A stretch of 33,058 nucleotides of DNA, taken from positions 1 to 33,058 of the forward strand of contig JBATLU010000185.1 of NCBI GenBank assembly GCA_049289475.1, written 5' to 3'. The stretch's first letter is position 1. Every line of letters begins with the position of its first letter. A model generated the notes under the pieces. That model was not told the origin of the DNA. It ran no database searches and saw only the letters and a program-made list of their open reading frames with translations. Made by a program: the position numbers and the translations under genes. The DNA comes from Pontixanthobacter sp. (GTDB taxonomy: Bacteria > Pseudomonadota > Alphaproteobacteria > Sphingomonadales > Sphingomonadaceae). Positions 8,582-17,610 of the stretch are shown here, in pieces.

Positions 8582-10057
8582 ATGGCTCGGCATTTTTCAG
8601 TTCTGTTTATCGGTCTTTTTGGCCTGCTGCTGTCGGCATGTAGCCCAAGCGCCGACGATAATCTTACCCGGGTTGCCTTTATCGGCACCCCGACAGATAT
8701 GGCGGCCAATGGTGTGCGGCTTTCTGTTGCAGGACAACATTTGCGTGCAGCGTCGGCCGAAGGGCTGGTCGGGCTTAACGAACGCGGAGAGATCGTCCCC
8801 GCCTTGGCGGAACGCTGGATCGTTACCGATGACGGGATGAGCTATATTTTCCGGCTGAGGAATGGAGATTGGCCCGATGGTACACAGCTCAGCGGAGAGA
8901 ACGTCCGCAGCGCGCTGGAGCGTAATCTGGAGCAGCTGCGCGGGACCTCGCTTGGCCTGGATCTGGCGATAATTTCCGACATCCGGGCGATGACCGGCAG
9001 AGTAGTGGAAATCCGCTTGAAAAGCCCGATGCCGCAATTCCTGCAATTGCTTTCGCAGCCCGAATTGGGGCTAAGGCGTAATGGCAAGGGCACCGGCCCT
9101 ATGGCTGCCAAAGTTTCGGGAAAACAGGCAAAGCTCGATGTTCTTGCCGATGGACGTAATGGTCTGAACCCTGGTGACGATGCGGCAGAAAAATTCCGTC
9201 AAATCCTGATCCTCAGCCTGTCTGCGGAAGAAGCAACCGCTGCATTCGAAAATGATGAAGTCGATGCCGTATTCAACGGCCGGTTGCTGAGCCTCCCGCT
9301 CGCAGACACCGGACCGCTTGCGCGCGGCACAGTCAGATTGGATGTCGTGGTGGGGCTATTCGGTCTTCAGGTGAAGAATTCCAAAGGTATTTTGGCTGAT
9401 CCGGCGCGTAGGGCAGCGCTGTCGATGGCGATCGAGCGAGAGACTTTGCTCGATTCCTTCGGCGTTGGCGGGTGGATTCCATCTTCGGGCATTGTTCCGG
9501 CGGGACTGCCATCAGAGCCGGTTGAGGTCCAGCAACCATGGGCCGAATTTGCTTTGCTGGACCGTCAGGCGGAGGCGCGCCGACGCATCAGTTCATGGAA
9601 AAACGGCGAGGGTAAGGGCAAGGCCAATTTGACACTTGCGCTTCCCAGAATGCCGGGTTCGAACCAGCTTTTTATGGCGCTCAAGGAAGATTTCGACGAG
9701 GTCGGGATCACGCTCGTGAGGGTCGGCCCCGATGACCCCGCCGATTTGCAATTGATTGACCGTTTGGCGCGGTATGGCGATGCACGCTGGTTTCTGAACC
9801 AGTTCAATTGCTCGCTCAAACGCGGTCCATGTTCGGCAGAGGCCGATGCCCTGGTTCAAACGGCTATAACCGAAACTGACCCTGTTAAACGCGGTCAAAT
9901 ATTGGCCGAGGCAGAACGGGCTTTGCTCCAATCGAACATCTATATCCCGCTCGGCGCTCCGGTGCGCTGGTCGCTGATCCGCGGCGGGATTGACGGCTTT
10001 TCCGAGAATGCTTCAGGTGTCCATCCCTTGTTCCCATTGGCAATGCGCCCCATTTAA
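8582..10057 (+). CDS. ABC transporter substrate-binding lipoprotein (family 5, DppA/OppA-like)
   Basis: Lipobox LLSAC after a signal peptide. GEIVPALAERW...DDGMSYIFRLR...WPDG is the family 5 SBP signature. Confidence 0.82.
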   Translation: MARHFSVLFIGLFGLLLSACSPSADDNLTRVAFIGTPTDMAANGVRLSVAGQHLRAASAEGLVGLNERGEIVPALAERWIVTDDGMSYIFRLRNGDWPDGTQLSGENVRSALERNLEQLRGTSLGLDLAIISDIRAMTGRVVEIRLKSPMPQFLQLLSQPELGLRRNGKGTGPMAAKVSGKQAKLDVLADGRNGLNPGDDAAEKFRQILILSLSAEEATAAFENDEVDAVFNGRLLSLPLADTGPLARGTVRLDVVVGLFGLQVKNSKGILADPARRAALSMAIERETLLDSFGVGGWIPSSGIVPAGLPSEPVEVQQPWAEFALLDRQAEARRRISSWKNGEGKGKANLTLALPRMPGSNQLFMALKEDFDEVGITLVRVGPDDPADLQLIDRLARYGDARWFLNQFNCSLKRGPCSAEADALVQTAITETDPVKRGQILAEAERALLQSNIYIPLGAPVRWSLIRGGIDGFSENASGVHPLFPLAMRPI

Positions 10058-10096
10058 GTAGCGAACCATCCGTTGAGGGTTCGCAAGGAGAGGCTG

Positions 10097-10543
10097 ATGG
10101 CCGAATTGGAAAGTTACAAACCGGCGCGCGAGAATGCCTCGAAGGCGCGCCCGATGGGTTTCGAATTGCCGACTGGCACCGATCCCGTCTCTGTCCGCAA
10201 GCGGATTGAGGCGATGGAGCAATTGCTGGAAAACAGCTTCCGCATTCCGGGCATCAACTATCGCATCGGCCTCGATGCGATTGTCGGTCTGGTGCCGGTT
10301 TTGGGCGATATCGTGACCACCATTCTGGGCGCCTATATCGTTTGGGAAGCGCGCAATCTCGATCTGCCGAAATGGAAATTGTGGCGGATGGCGGGAAATG
10401 TCGGGTTTGACGCATTGCTCGGAGCTGTGCCGCTGGTCGGCGATGCGGCCGATTTCCTCTACCGCTCCAACAGCCGCAATCTGAAGATCGTGAAGAAGCA
10501 CCTCGACAAACACCATCCTGCTTCGCGAACGATCGAAGGATAG
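10097..10543 (+). CDS. DUF4112 membrane protein
   Basis: FRIPG..RIGLDAIVGLVPVLGD...GAVPLVGDAADFLYRSNSRN. AAGGAG RBS. Confidence 0.85.
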   Translation: MAELESYKPARENASKARPMGFELPTGTDPVSVRKRIEAMEQLLENSFRIPGINYRIGLDAIVGLVPVLGDIVTTILGAYIVWEARNLDLPKWKLWRMAGNVGFDALLGAVPLVGDAADFLYRSNSRNLKIVKKHLDKHHPASRTIEG

Positions 10544-10579
10544 TTTCAAAACAAACCGCTTTGGTCCTATAGCGGCGGC

Positions 10580-11371
10580 ATGACCAAAAGCGTTACCTAT
10601 TCAAGCTATCTCGACCTCGAGCGGATATTGTCGTCGCAGCATCCGGCCTCTGCGGCGCATGATGAAATGCTGTTTATCATCGTCCATCAGGCGAGCGAAT
10701 TGTGGCTGAAGCTGTGCCTGCATGAACTGGAAGAAGCGCGCGAGCATATCGCCAGCGATACGTTACGGCCTGCCTTCAAAATGCTGTCGCGCGTTGCCAG
10801 AGCGCAAAGCCAGCTGATTTCGAGCTGGGATGTGCTCTCCACCATGACCCCGCATGATTACTCGCTGGTGCGACCGCATCTGGGCACCAGCTCGGGTTTC
10901 CAGTCGGCGCAATACCGGCTGATGGAATTCATGCTTGGCGGACGCAATGCTGACATGGTGACGATGCATGAGGCGACACCCGATGTCGCGGCAAAGCTGC
11001 ACGCGGAATTGGGGCGGGCGAGCCTCTATGACGAAACGGTCAGCCTGCTGGCGCGGCGCGGGTTCGATATTCCGGCTTCAGTGTTAGAACGCGACCAATC
11101 TCAGCCTTGGACTGCCTCCACCGAAGTCGAGTCGGCATGGGCAGAAGTCTACCGCCATCCCAACAAGCATTGGGATCTCTACGAGTTGGCCGAAAAGCTG
11201 GTCGATCTGGAATATCATTTCCAGCGCTGGCGTTTTGGCCATTTGAAAACTGTCGAGCGGATTATCGGCTTCAAGAAAGGGACCGGCGGGACGGCTGGCG
11301 TGCCCTATCTGGAGGCGGTGCTGAAACAGACTTTCTTCCCCGAATTGCTCTCTGTCCGGACCGCGATATGA
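10580..11371 (+). CDS. kynA: Tryptophan 2,3-dioxygenase
   Basis: [47 protein letters not shown]. Confidence 0.95.
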   Translation: MTKSVTYSSYLDLERILSSQHPASAAHDEMLFIIVHQASELWLKLCLHELEEAREHIASDTLRPAFKMLSRVARAQSQLISSWDVLSTMTPHDYSLVRPHLGTSSGFQSAQYRLMEFMLGGRNADMVTMHEATPDVAAKLHAELGRASLYDETVSLLARRGFDIPASVLERDQSQPWTASTEVESAWAEVYRHPNKHWDLYELAEKLVDLEYHFQRWRFGHLKTVERIIGFKKGTGGTAGVPYLEAVLKQTFFPELLSVRTAI

Positions 11372-11994
11372 TGCGGAGAATCTGGGACATTACGCAGAAA
11401 TTGCGCCCCGGCCTGCCGGTTTGGCCGGGCGATACACCGTTCGAACACGCCCAGACTTGGGCGATGTCTGATGGCTCGCCGGTCAATGTCTCCAAACTTA
11501 CCCTGTCGACCCACTCGGGCACCCATGCCGATGCACCGCTGCATTATGATGCGGCGGGGCGAGACAGTGCCGCGTCCGATCTTGAGGCCTATCTGGGCGA
11601 CTGTCTGGTGGTCGATGCGCGCTGTGCGGGTGCTGCAATCGAACCGCATCATCTGCCCGCGCTGGACGGGGTGCAGCGGGTGCTGTTCCGCACCTATGAG
11701 GCCTTCCCGCAGGAGACGTGGGACGAGACTTTCACCGCAATCGCGCCGGAGACCATTCGCGCACTCGCCGCGCAGGGCGTGAGGCTGGTCGGGATTGATA
11801 CGCCTTCGCTCGACCCGCAGGATTCCAAGACGATGGACGCGCACACTGCCGTGCTCGTGGCAGATATGCGGATATTGGAGGGGCTGGTTCTGGATGATGT
11901 GCCGCTGGGGCGTTACGAGCTGATCGCGCTGCCTTTGCCGATTGCCGGGGCTGATGCTTCGCCGGTGCGGGCGATTTTGAGGGAGTTGCCATGA
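11368..11994 (+). CDS. kynB: Kynurenine formamidase (arylformamidase)
   Basis: [42 protein letters not shown] overlap with kynA. Confidence 0.93.
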   Translation: MMRRIWDITQKLRPGLPVWPGDTPFEHAQTWAMSDGSPVNVSKLTLSTHSGTHADAPLHYDAAGRDSAASDLEAYLGDCLVVDARCAGAAIEPHHLPALDGVQRVLFRTYEAFPQETWDETFTAIAPETIRALAAQGVRLVGIDTPSLDPQDSKTMDAHTAVLVADMRILEGLVLDDVPLGRYELIALPLPIAGADASPVRAILRELP

Positions 11995-13259
11995 GCCTGC
12001 TCGACCAGGTCCGCGCGCTCGACGCCGCTGATCCTTTGCGCGAATATCGCGGCCGTTTTGAACTGCCCGAGGGAGTGATCTACCTCGATGGCAACTCGCT
12101 TGGCGCTTTGCCCAAAATGACCAAGGCGCGGCTGGCCGAAGTGACCCAGCAGGAATGGGGGCAGGGGCTGATCCGCAGTTGGAACGCCGCCGATCGAGGC
12201 GGGGCAGACTGGATCGGCGCGCCGCAGCGGATCGGGGCGAAAATCGCGCCGCTGGTCGGGGCGCAGAGCCATGAAGTGATTGCGTGCGACAGCGTTTCGG
12301 TCAACCTGACCAAGCTCATCGGCGCGGCGCTCACCATGCAGGCTGACGGTCCGGATGGGGCCCGCAAGGTCGTGCTGTCCGAACCGGGCAATTTCCCGAC
12401 CGACCTCTATATGGTTCAGGGCTTGCAGCGGCAGGGCATGGCCGAGCAGCGGCTGGTGGCGCGTGACCGGATGATCGAGGCGCTGGCCCCTGAAAACGGC
12501 GGGCGGGATGTCGCGCTGTTGATGCTCACCCATGTTCATTACAAGACCGGTGAAATGTTCGACATGGCGGCGCTGACCAAGGCGGCGCATGATGTCGGCG
12601 CGCTGGTGCTGTGGGATTTGTCGCATAGCGGCGGCGCGGTGCCGGTGGATTTGAACGCGGCAGGCGCGGATTTTGCGGTCGGTTGCGGCTATAAATATTT
12701 GAACGGCGGCCCCGGCGCGCCGGCCTATGCTTTTGTTGCCGAGCGGCATCACGAGACCTTCCGTCAGCCGATCACCGGCTGGATGGGCCATGCGCGGCCC
12801 TTCGCCTTTTCGGACAAATACGAACCCGCACCGGGGGTCAGCCGGATGCTCGCGGGCACGCCGCCGATCCTCGCCATGGCCGCGCTCGAATGCGGGGTGG
12901 AATTGATGGCGGAAATCGGGATGGACAGGCTGGTCGCAAAATCACGCGCCCTGTCCGAATTCTTCTGCGCCGCCATGGCGCAGCATTGCCCGCATATGCG
13001 CTGCGTCAGCCCGGCCGATCCGGCGCAGCGCGGCAGCCAATTGTCGTTCCATCACGATGAAGCCTATGCGATTTGCCAGGCGCTGATCGCGCGCGGCGTG
13101 ATCGGCGATTTCCGCGATCCGGATATCCTCCGCTTCGGCTTCGCGCCCGCCTATGTCAGTTTTGCCGATGCAGCGGGGGCAGTGACCGCACTGGCGGAGA
13201 TTCTGGATAGCGGTGAATGGGAAGCGCCGGAGTTTGGGCAGAGGGCTACTGTGACTTGA
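11991..13259 (+). CDS. kynU: Kynureninase
   Basis: [45 protein letters not shown] overlap with kynB. Confidence 0.95.
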   Translation: MSLLDQVRALDAADPLREYRGRFELPEGVIYLDGNSLGALPKMTKARLAEVTQQEWGQGLIRSWNAADRGGADWIGAPQRIGAKIAPLVGAQSHEVIACDSVSVNLTKLIGAALTMQADGPDGARKVVLSEPGNFPTDLYMVQGLQRQGMAEQRLVARDRMIEALAPENGGRDVALLMLTHVHYKTGEMFDMAALTKAAHDVGALVLWDLSHSGGAVPVDLNAAGADFAVGCGYKYLNGGPGAPAYAFVAERHHETFRQPITGWMGHARPFAFSDKYEPAPGVSRMLAGTPPILAMAALECGVELMAEIGMDRLVAKSRALSEFFCAAMAQHCPHMRCVSPADPAQRGSQLSFHHDEAYAICQALIARGVIGDFRDPDILRFGFAPAYVSFADAAGAVTALAEILDSGEWEAPEFGQRATVT

Positions 13260-13287
13260 TGGCAGGAATTGGGGTGGGGAGCGGACA
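13259..13287 (+). repeat. ~28-bp quasi-palindromic repeat, copy 1
   Basis: ATGGCAGGAATTGGGGTGGGGAGCGGACA, starting in the kynU stop codon. Shares the TTGG core and AGCGGACA end with copy 2. Confidence 0.6.
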
Positions 13288-13313
13288 TTGATGTTATTGC
13301 CTTCACCCGATAG

Positions 13314-13625
13314 ATGTTAGCGATGCTCTGGAATGTGATCGATAAACGCACTCGTCCTTATCGCTGGCGAGAGGTGAACGCGATTGTCGAAGCCACCGAG
13401 CATGACAACTCGTGTAAGGATGCCGATCAAGCGCCTGCGAGCGATCCCATGGTCACCGTGGTTTATGAAGCGCTCGAAGCAGTATCAGTGTCCGAAGCGG
13501 TGAAGTGGGCAGAAAGCCAACCCTGTCCCGTCACTCTCTACCTTTACGACCTTGGATCGGGTTTTGGAGATGAAGAGCATTTCACAAATGTTGAAGTACG
13601 CTTCGACGGTGAAGACGAGGCTTAG
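13314..13625 (+). CDS. Hypothetical acidic protein (accessory)
   Basis: 103 aa ORF filling the space between repeat copies 1 and 2. No family recognised. Confidence 0.6.
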   Translation: MLAMLWNVIDKRTRPYRWREVNAIVEATEHDNSCKDADQAPASDPMVTVVYEALEAVSVSEAVKWAESQPCPVTLYLYDLGSGFGDEEHFTNVEVRFDGEDEA

Positions 13626-13628
13626 CCG

Positions 13629-13656
13629 ACGTCCGAAGTTGGATCGTTAGCGGACA
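13629..13656 (+). repeat. ~28-bp quasi-palindromic repeat, copy 2
   Basis: ACGTCCGAAGTTGGATCGTTAGCGGACA, with GTCCG/CGGAC arms, 3 nt after the TAG stop. Confidence 0.65.
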
Positions 13657-13690
13657 CAACAAATTTCCCTGTCCTACAAGCGGTCCATGA

Positions 13691-13711
13691 TGGCATTTCG
13701 GGGAAATGCCA
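13691..13711. other. Hairpin, possible terminator
   Basis: TGGCATTTC-GGG-GAAATGCCA, a 9-bp perfect stem between convergent genes. Confidence 0.45.
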
Positions 13712-13804
13712 CTCGCATCCCGCCCCCTCACTTCATCGCTCCCATCACCCTTGAATCCGGTCCTGTTTTTGAGTTCTAGGATTGTGTTCCATGTGTTCCA
13801 CTTG

Positions 13805-13832
13805 CTCGGCTTTCGCGCCCCAAAGCTGAACG
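13805..13832 (-). repeat. Hairpin resembling the repeat family, copy 3
   Basis: Minus strand reads CGTTCAGCTTTGGGGCGCGAAAGCCGAG, directly after the HNH stop. Confidence 0.45.
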
Positions 13833-13834
13833 AA

Positions 13835-14440
13835 TCACCCCTCCAGCTCGATGTCCCAATAGAGCCAATCGCGCCATGTTTCGTGGAGATAGCCGGGCGG
13901 GAAGCTGCGGCCATATTGCTGCAATTGCCAGCTGGTCGGGCGGATCGGGTTGACCTGCTTCATATGCGCTTGCTTGGGCGTGCGCCCGCCCTTCTTCATA
14001 TTGCACGGGGCGCAGGCGCTGGCGATGTTTTCCCACGTGGTCTTGCCGCCCAGACGGCGCGGGATCACATGATCGAAGGTCAAATCCTGCCCGCTGCCGC
14101 AATATTGGCATTCGAACTTGTCGCGCAGGAACAGATTGAAGCGGGTGAAGGCGGGAAATTCGCTTTGCTTCACATATTGCCGCAATGCGATGACCGAAGG
14201 GATCTTCATATCGAGCGACGGCGAATGGACCTCACGGTCATAGCTTTCGACGATATCAACCCGGTCGAGGAACACCGCCTTGATCGCGGTCTGCCACGGC
14301 CACAGGCTGAGTGGGTAATAGGACAGCGGGGTGTAATCCGCGTTGAGCACAAGCGTGGGGCATCCCGCCAGATTGCGGGTTCCATCCTCTGCCGCGCTTC
14401 TGAATTGCGCGGCGCGTTCGATCAGTTCGGCCTTGAACAA
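13835..14440 (-). CDS. HNH endonuclease (McrA-like, conserved alphaproteobacterial type)
   Basis: LVLNADYTPLS, RDKFECQYCG, TFDHVIPR..GG...WENIASACAPCNMKKG. Probable TTG start at 14440 after AAGGGAG; alternative ATG at 14464. Confidence 0.88.
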   Translation of the reverse strand: MFKAELIERAAQFRSAAEDGTRNLAGCPTLVLNADYTPLSYYPLSLWPWQTAIKAVFLDRVDIVESYDREVHSPSLDMKIPSVIALRQYVKQSEFPAFTRFNLFLRDKFECQYCGSGQDLTFDHVIPRRLGGKTTWENIASACAPCNMKKGGRTPKQAHMKQVNPIRPTSWQLQQYGRSFPPGYLHETWRDWLYWDIELEG

Positions 14441-14562
14441 AGTCTGCTCCCTTCTGATGGACATGAAGTGAGCATTTGCGCCAAAAAGCGTCAACCCTGT
14501 TACACAGGTGAAATCCACAGGCAATTTCGCCATATCGCCCGATCAGGAAGGGAAAAGCTGCC

Positions 14563-15405
14563 ATGATCGTCACCCGCTTCGCCCCCAGCCCGAACGGAAT
14601 GTTGCATTTGGGCCATGCTTACTCCGCAATCGTCGCGCATGATCTGGCGCGCGGGCAAGATGGAGCGGCTGGCGGGCGTTTTCTGCTGCGGATCGAAGAT
14701 ATCGACGGCGAGCGGAGCAGGCCCGAACTGGCCGAGGCGTTCCGCGAAGACCTGAAATGGCTCGGTCTGGAGTGGGAGGAGGTTGCGACGCAATCCTCAC
14801 GGCTGGGCAGCTATGCGGCGGCTGCCGAGCGGTTAAAGGCGGAAGGGCTGCTTTATCCATGCAATTGCACCCGCGCCGAAATTGCCGATTCTGCGTCGAA
14901 AGTGGGGCCAGAAGGGCCAATCTATTCCGGCGCCTGCCGTAGGAAGTCGACAATGCCGGACGGACCGGCAGCGTGGCGGCTCGATGCAACCGAAGCATTG
15001 AAGCGCACCGGACCACTCACGTGGGAGGATGACCGTGCGGGCACGATGATAGCGCAGCCCGAATTGCTTGGCGATGTCGTGCTGGTGCGCAAGGAAGCGC
15101 CCGCCAGCTATCATCTTGCCGCGACGCTTGATGATGCGGCAGATGGGGTCACGCTGGTAACGCGCGGGCACGATCTGTTCGCCGCGACGCATATCCACCG
15201 GTTGCTGCAGGCTTTGCTCGGCTTGCCAGTGCCGCGCTGGCACCATCACCCGCTGGTGCTCGACGGAGAAGGGCGCAAGCTGGCCAAGCGGCGCGGCTCA
15301 TCATCGCTTGCCGATTTGCGCGCGGCAGGCGTAGATGGCATAATTCTCGGCACCGAATTGCGCGCCGGGCGTTTTGGCCCTGTAAATTCGCTCTCGAAGG
15401 ACTAG
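14563..15405 (+). CDS. gluQ: Glutamyl-Q tRNA(Asp) synthetase
   Basis: TRFAPSPNGMLHLGH, LRIEDID, CNCTR...YSGAC and KLAKR. Only 280 aa, so it lacks the anticodon-binding domain of GluRS. Confidence 0.88.
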   Translation: MIVTRFAPSPNGMLHLGHAYSAIVAHDLARGQDGAAGGRFLLRIEDIDGERSRPELAEAFREDLKWLGLEWEEVATQSSRLGSYAAAAERLKAEGLLYPCNCTRAEIADSASKVGPEGPIYSGACRRKSTMPDGPAAWRLDATEALKRTGPLTWEDDRAGTMIAQPELLGDVVLVRKEAPASYHLAATLDDAADGVTLVTRGHDLFAATHIHRLLQALLGLPVPRWHHHPLVLDGEGRKLAKRRGSSSLADLRAAGVDGIILGTELRAGRFGPVNSLSKD

Positions 15406-15414
15406 ATAGGACCT

Positions 15415-15645
15415 ATGAACTATATTCTGATCCCCGCTCTCATCATCCTTTGCATCATGGTTGTCGTTTCGCTTGTGCGCGGCATCGTGGCTTTCATGCA
15501 AAGCACCAAGATTGATCTCGAAACCGGCGACAGCATGGACGCAACCGAGATGCAGCTGAAACAGAACAAGGCGATGTTTGCGCGGATCAAATATCAGGCG
15601 CTGGCGGTGGTTGTGGTCATGATTATCATGGCGGTTGCCCGGTAA
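15415..15645 (+). CDS. HIG1-domain twin-transmembrane small protein
   Basis: Two TM helices with QNKAMFARIKYQ between them. Typical position upstream of pduO. Confidence 0.75.
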   Translation: MNYILIPALIILCIMVVVSLVRGIVAFMQSTKIDLETGDSMDATEMQLKQNKAMFARIKYQALAVVVVMIIMAVAR

Positions 15646-15663
15646 CCCGGACGCTCTGCCGCA

Positions 15664-16260
15664 ATGGTCAAGCTGAACAAGATTTACACGCGCACCGGCG
15701 ATGATGGTTCGACCGGACTTGTCGATGGTTCGCGGATCGCCAAACACGCCGCGCGGATGGAAGCGATCGGTGCGGTTGACGAGGCCAACAGCGCGATTGG
15801 ATTTGCCGCAGTGGCGCTCCAAGGCGGTGCCTATGGCGGTGATGTCGAGCGTATCCAGAACGATATGTTCGATCTCGGAGCCGACCTCGCCACCCCATTG
15901 GGCGATGTGGGCGGCGCTGATTTCGAGCCATCCGATATGGTTTTGCGGATAGTGGCGGCGCAAGTGGAATGGCTGGAAACGGCCATCGACGCGCTCAATG
16001 ACACGCTTGAACCTCTGACCAGCTTTATCCTCCCTGGCGGGACAGAAGCGGCGGCGCGAATGCATATCGCCCGCGCCTGTGCGCGCCGGGCTGAACGGTC
16101 GATCACCGCGATGGCCGCCGAAGATCCGGTTAATCCGCAGGCTATCGCCTATATCAACCGCCTGTCCGATTATCTGTTTGTGCTGGCGCGCGTGCTCAAC
16201 GGCAATGGCCGCGCCGATGTAAAATGGGTGCCCGGGGCAAGCAGGGGCGCTAAGCGCTAG
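15664..16260 (+). CDS. PduO-type cob(I)alamin adenosyltransferase
   Basis: KIYTRTGDDGSTGL, GAVDEANS, SFILPGG, RRAER, YINRLSDYLFVLAR. Confidence 0.93.
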   Translation: MVKLNKIYTRTGDDGSTGLVDGSRIAKHAARMEAIGAVDEANSAIGFAAVALQGGAYGGDVERIQNDMFDLGADLATPLGDVGGADFEPSDMVLRIVAAQVEWLETAIDALNDTLEPLTSFILPGGTEAAARMHIARACARRAERSITAMAAEDPVNPQAIAYINRLSDYLFVLARVLNGNGRADVKWVPGASRGAKR

Positions 16261-16319
16261 TCAGACCCATTCCAAGTCGCTAACAGGCCAGCTTTGCTGC
16301 AGTTGCGAAGGAATTTTCG

Positions 16320-17189
16320 ATGCGTAAAGTCGCCATAATCGGTGCAGGTCAGATGGGTTCGGGCATTGCCCAGACCGTGGCGCAAAACGGCATTCAGGTA
16401 CTGCTGTCTGATATTGATCTGAGCGTTGCCGAAAGGGCCAAGCAAGGTATCCAAACCTCGCTGGGCAAGTTGGTTGGTCGCAGCAAGATCGACGTTTCAG
16501 AAGCGGAAGCGGCGCTTGCGCGGATTACCCCTATTGCTGACAATGCGGCCATGGCTGACGCCGATTTGATCATCGAAGCGGCAACTGAACGTGAAGCGAT
16601 CAAGCAGAAGATTTTCGAAGCCGCCGGAAAATTCCTCTCGGCCGATGCGATCATGGCGAGCAATACCAGTTCTATCCCGATCACACGAATGGCTAATTTC
16701 GCGCCGGATCCTGCGCGCTTTATCGGGCTGCACTTCTTCAATCCGGTGCCGGTGATGGGCTTGATCGAAGTTATTCCGGGGCTCGCCACCAGCAAGAATA
16801 CGACTGACCGCATTACCGCCTTTGCCGAAGGCTTGGGTAAAGAAGTGGTACTGTCGCAAGACGAGCCGGGCTTTGTGGTGAACCGCATTCTGCTGCCAAT
16901 GATCAACGAGGCGATATTCGTGCTGGGTCAAAGCACTGCCAATATCGAAGATATCGACAAAGGTTGCCGCCTTGGCCTCAACCACCCAATGGGGCCGTTG
17001 CAACTCGCCGACTTCGTTGGGCTCGATACGTGCTTTGAAATTATAAAAGTGCTTTATGACACGACCGGCGACAGCAAATACCGTCCTGCTCCGCTGTTGG
17101 TGAAATATGTAGAGGCGGGCTGGTTGGGACGCAAAACGGGGCGCGGCTTTTACGATTATACCGAAGAGGCACCCGTTCCCACGCGGTAA
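16320..17189 (+). CDS. 3-hydroxybutyryl-CoA / 3-hydroxyacyl-CoA dehydrogenase
   Basis: GAGQMGSGIA, SNTSS, GLHFFNPVPVM, PGFVVNR, HPMGPLQLAD, GRKTGRGFY. Confidence 0.92.
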   Translation: MRKVAIIGAGQMGSGIAQTVAQNGIQVLLSDIDLSVAERAKQGIQTSLGKLVGRSKIDVSEAEAALARITPIADNAAMADADLIIEAATEREAIKQKIFEAAGKFLSADAIMASNTSSIPITRMANFAPDPARFIGLHFFNPVPVMGLIEVIPGLATSKNTTDRITAFAEGLGKEVVLSQDEPGFVVNRILLPMINEAIFVLGQSTANIEDIDKGCRLGLNHPMGPLQLADFVGLDTCFEIIKVLYDTTGDSKYRPAPLLVKYVEAGWLGRKTGRGFYDYTEEAPVPTR

Positions 17190-17199
17190 CCAGCTTGGC

Positions 17200-17565
17200 T
17201 CATTCGGTTGTTGGTGCTTTGGGCAGAATTATCACCACTTCCTCATGTTCCGATGCTGCTTTGGGTTCACCGGGTTCCATTGGTGTGGGGTCAAAGCCCT
17301 CCGCCGCGTCGATCAGTTCCTCATCGGCGAGAAATTCGATCGTGGCATCCGCCGGTTTTGTATTTGGGATCGCTTGTGATGGTGCAGGCTGATTCAAAGC
17401 TTGGGCTGTCTTTTCGGGCGCGGCTTTCTGAGCCTGAAATTTCTGTGCTGTCTGGGTCACGACGCCGCTGTTATTCTCGGTTCCGACAAGGCTGACCGCA
17501 CCAATTATGATGAGCAAGGCAAGGCCTAGCGCCGCCAGCCGGTTGCGGAAAAGAAGCGAATACAT
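17200..17565 (-). CDS. Hypothetical membrane-anchored protein
   Basis: N-terminal hydrophobic helix and an acidic tail (DEELIDAAEGFDPTP). Confidence 0.65.
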   Translation of the reverse strand: MYSLLFRNRLAALGLALLIIIGAVSLVGTENNSGVVTQTAQKFQAQKAAPEKTAQALNQPAPSQAIPNTKPADATIEFLADEELIDAAEGFDPTPMEPGEPKAASEHEEVVIILPKAPTTE

Positions 17566-17610
17566 CGAATTTTTATAGCGTTCTAAACCTTAAGGTTTGG
17601 TAGATTTCGA

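Noticed and set aside
13259..13832. CRISPR array or classical integron attC interpretation of the repeats
   Set aside because: The copies are too degenerate and irregularly spaced. There is no cas or intI gene and no RYYYAAC...GTTRRRY box pair.
13835..14440. HNH nuclease as the mobiliser of the adjacent repeat elements
   Set aside because: It looks like the conserved housekeeping-type HNH with host-like codon usage, and the second locus has no nuclease. Adjacency alone is insufficient.
13706..14566. 286-aa plus-strand ORF
   Set aside because: Antisense shadow of the HNH gene, with no recognisable motifs.
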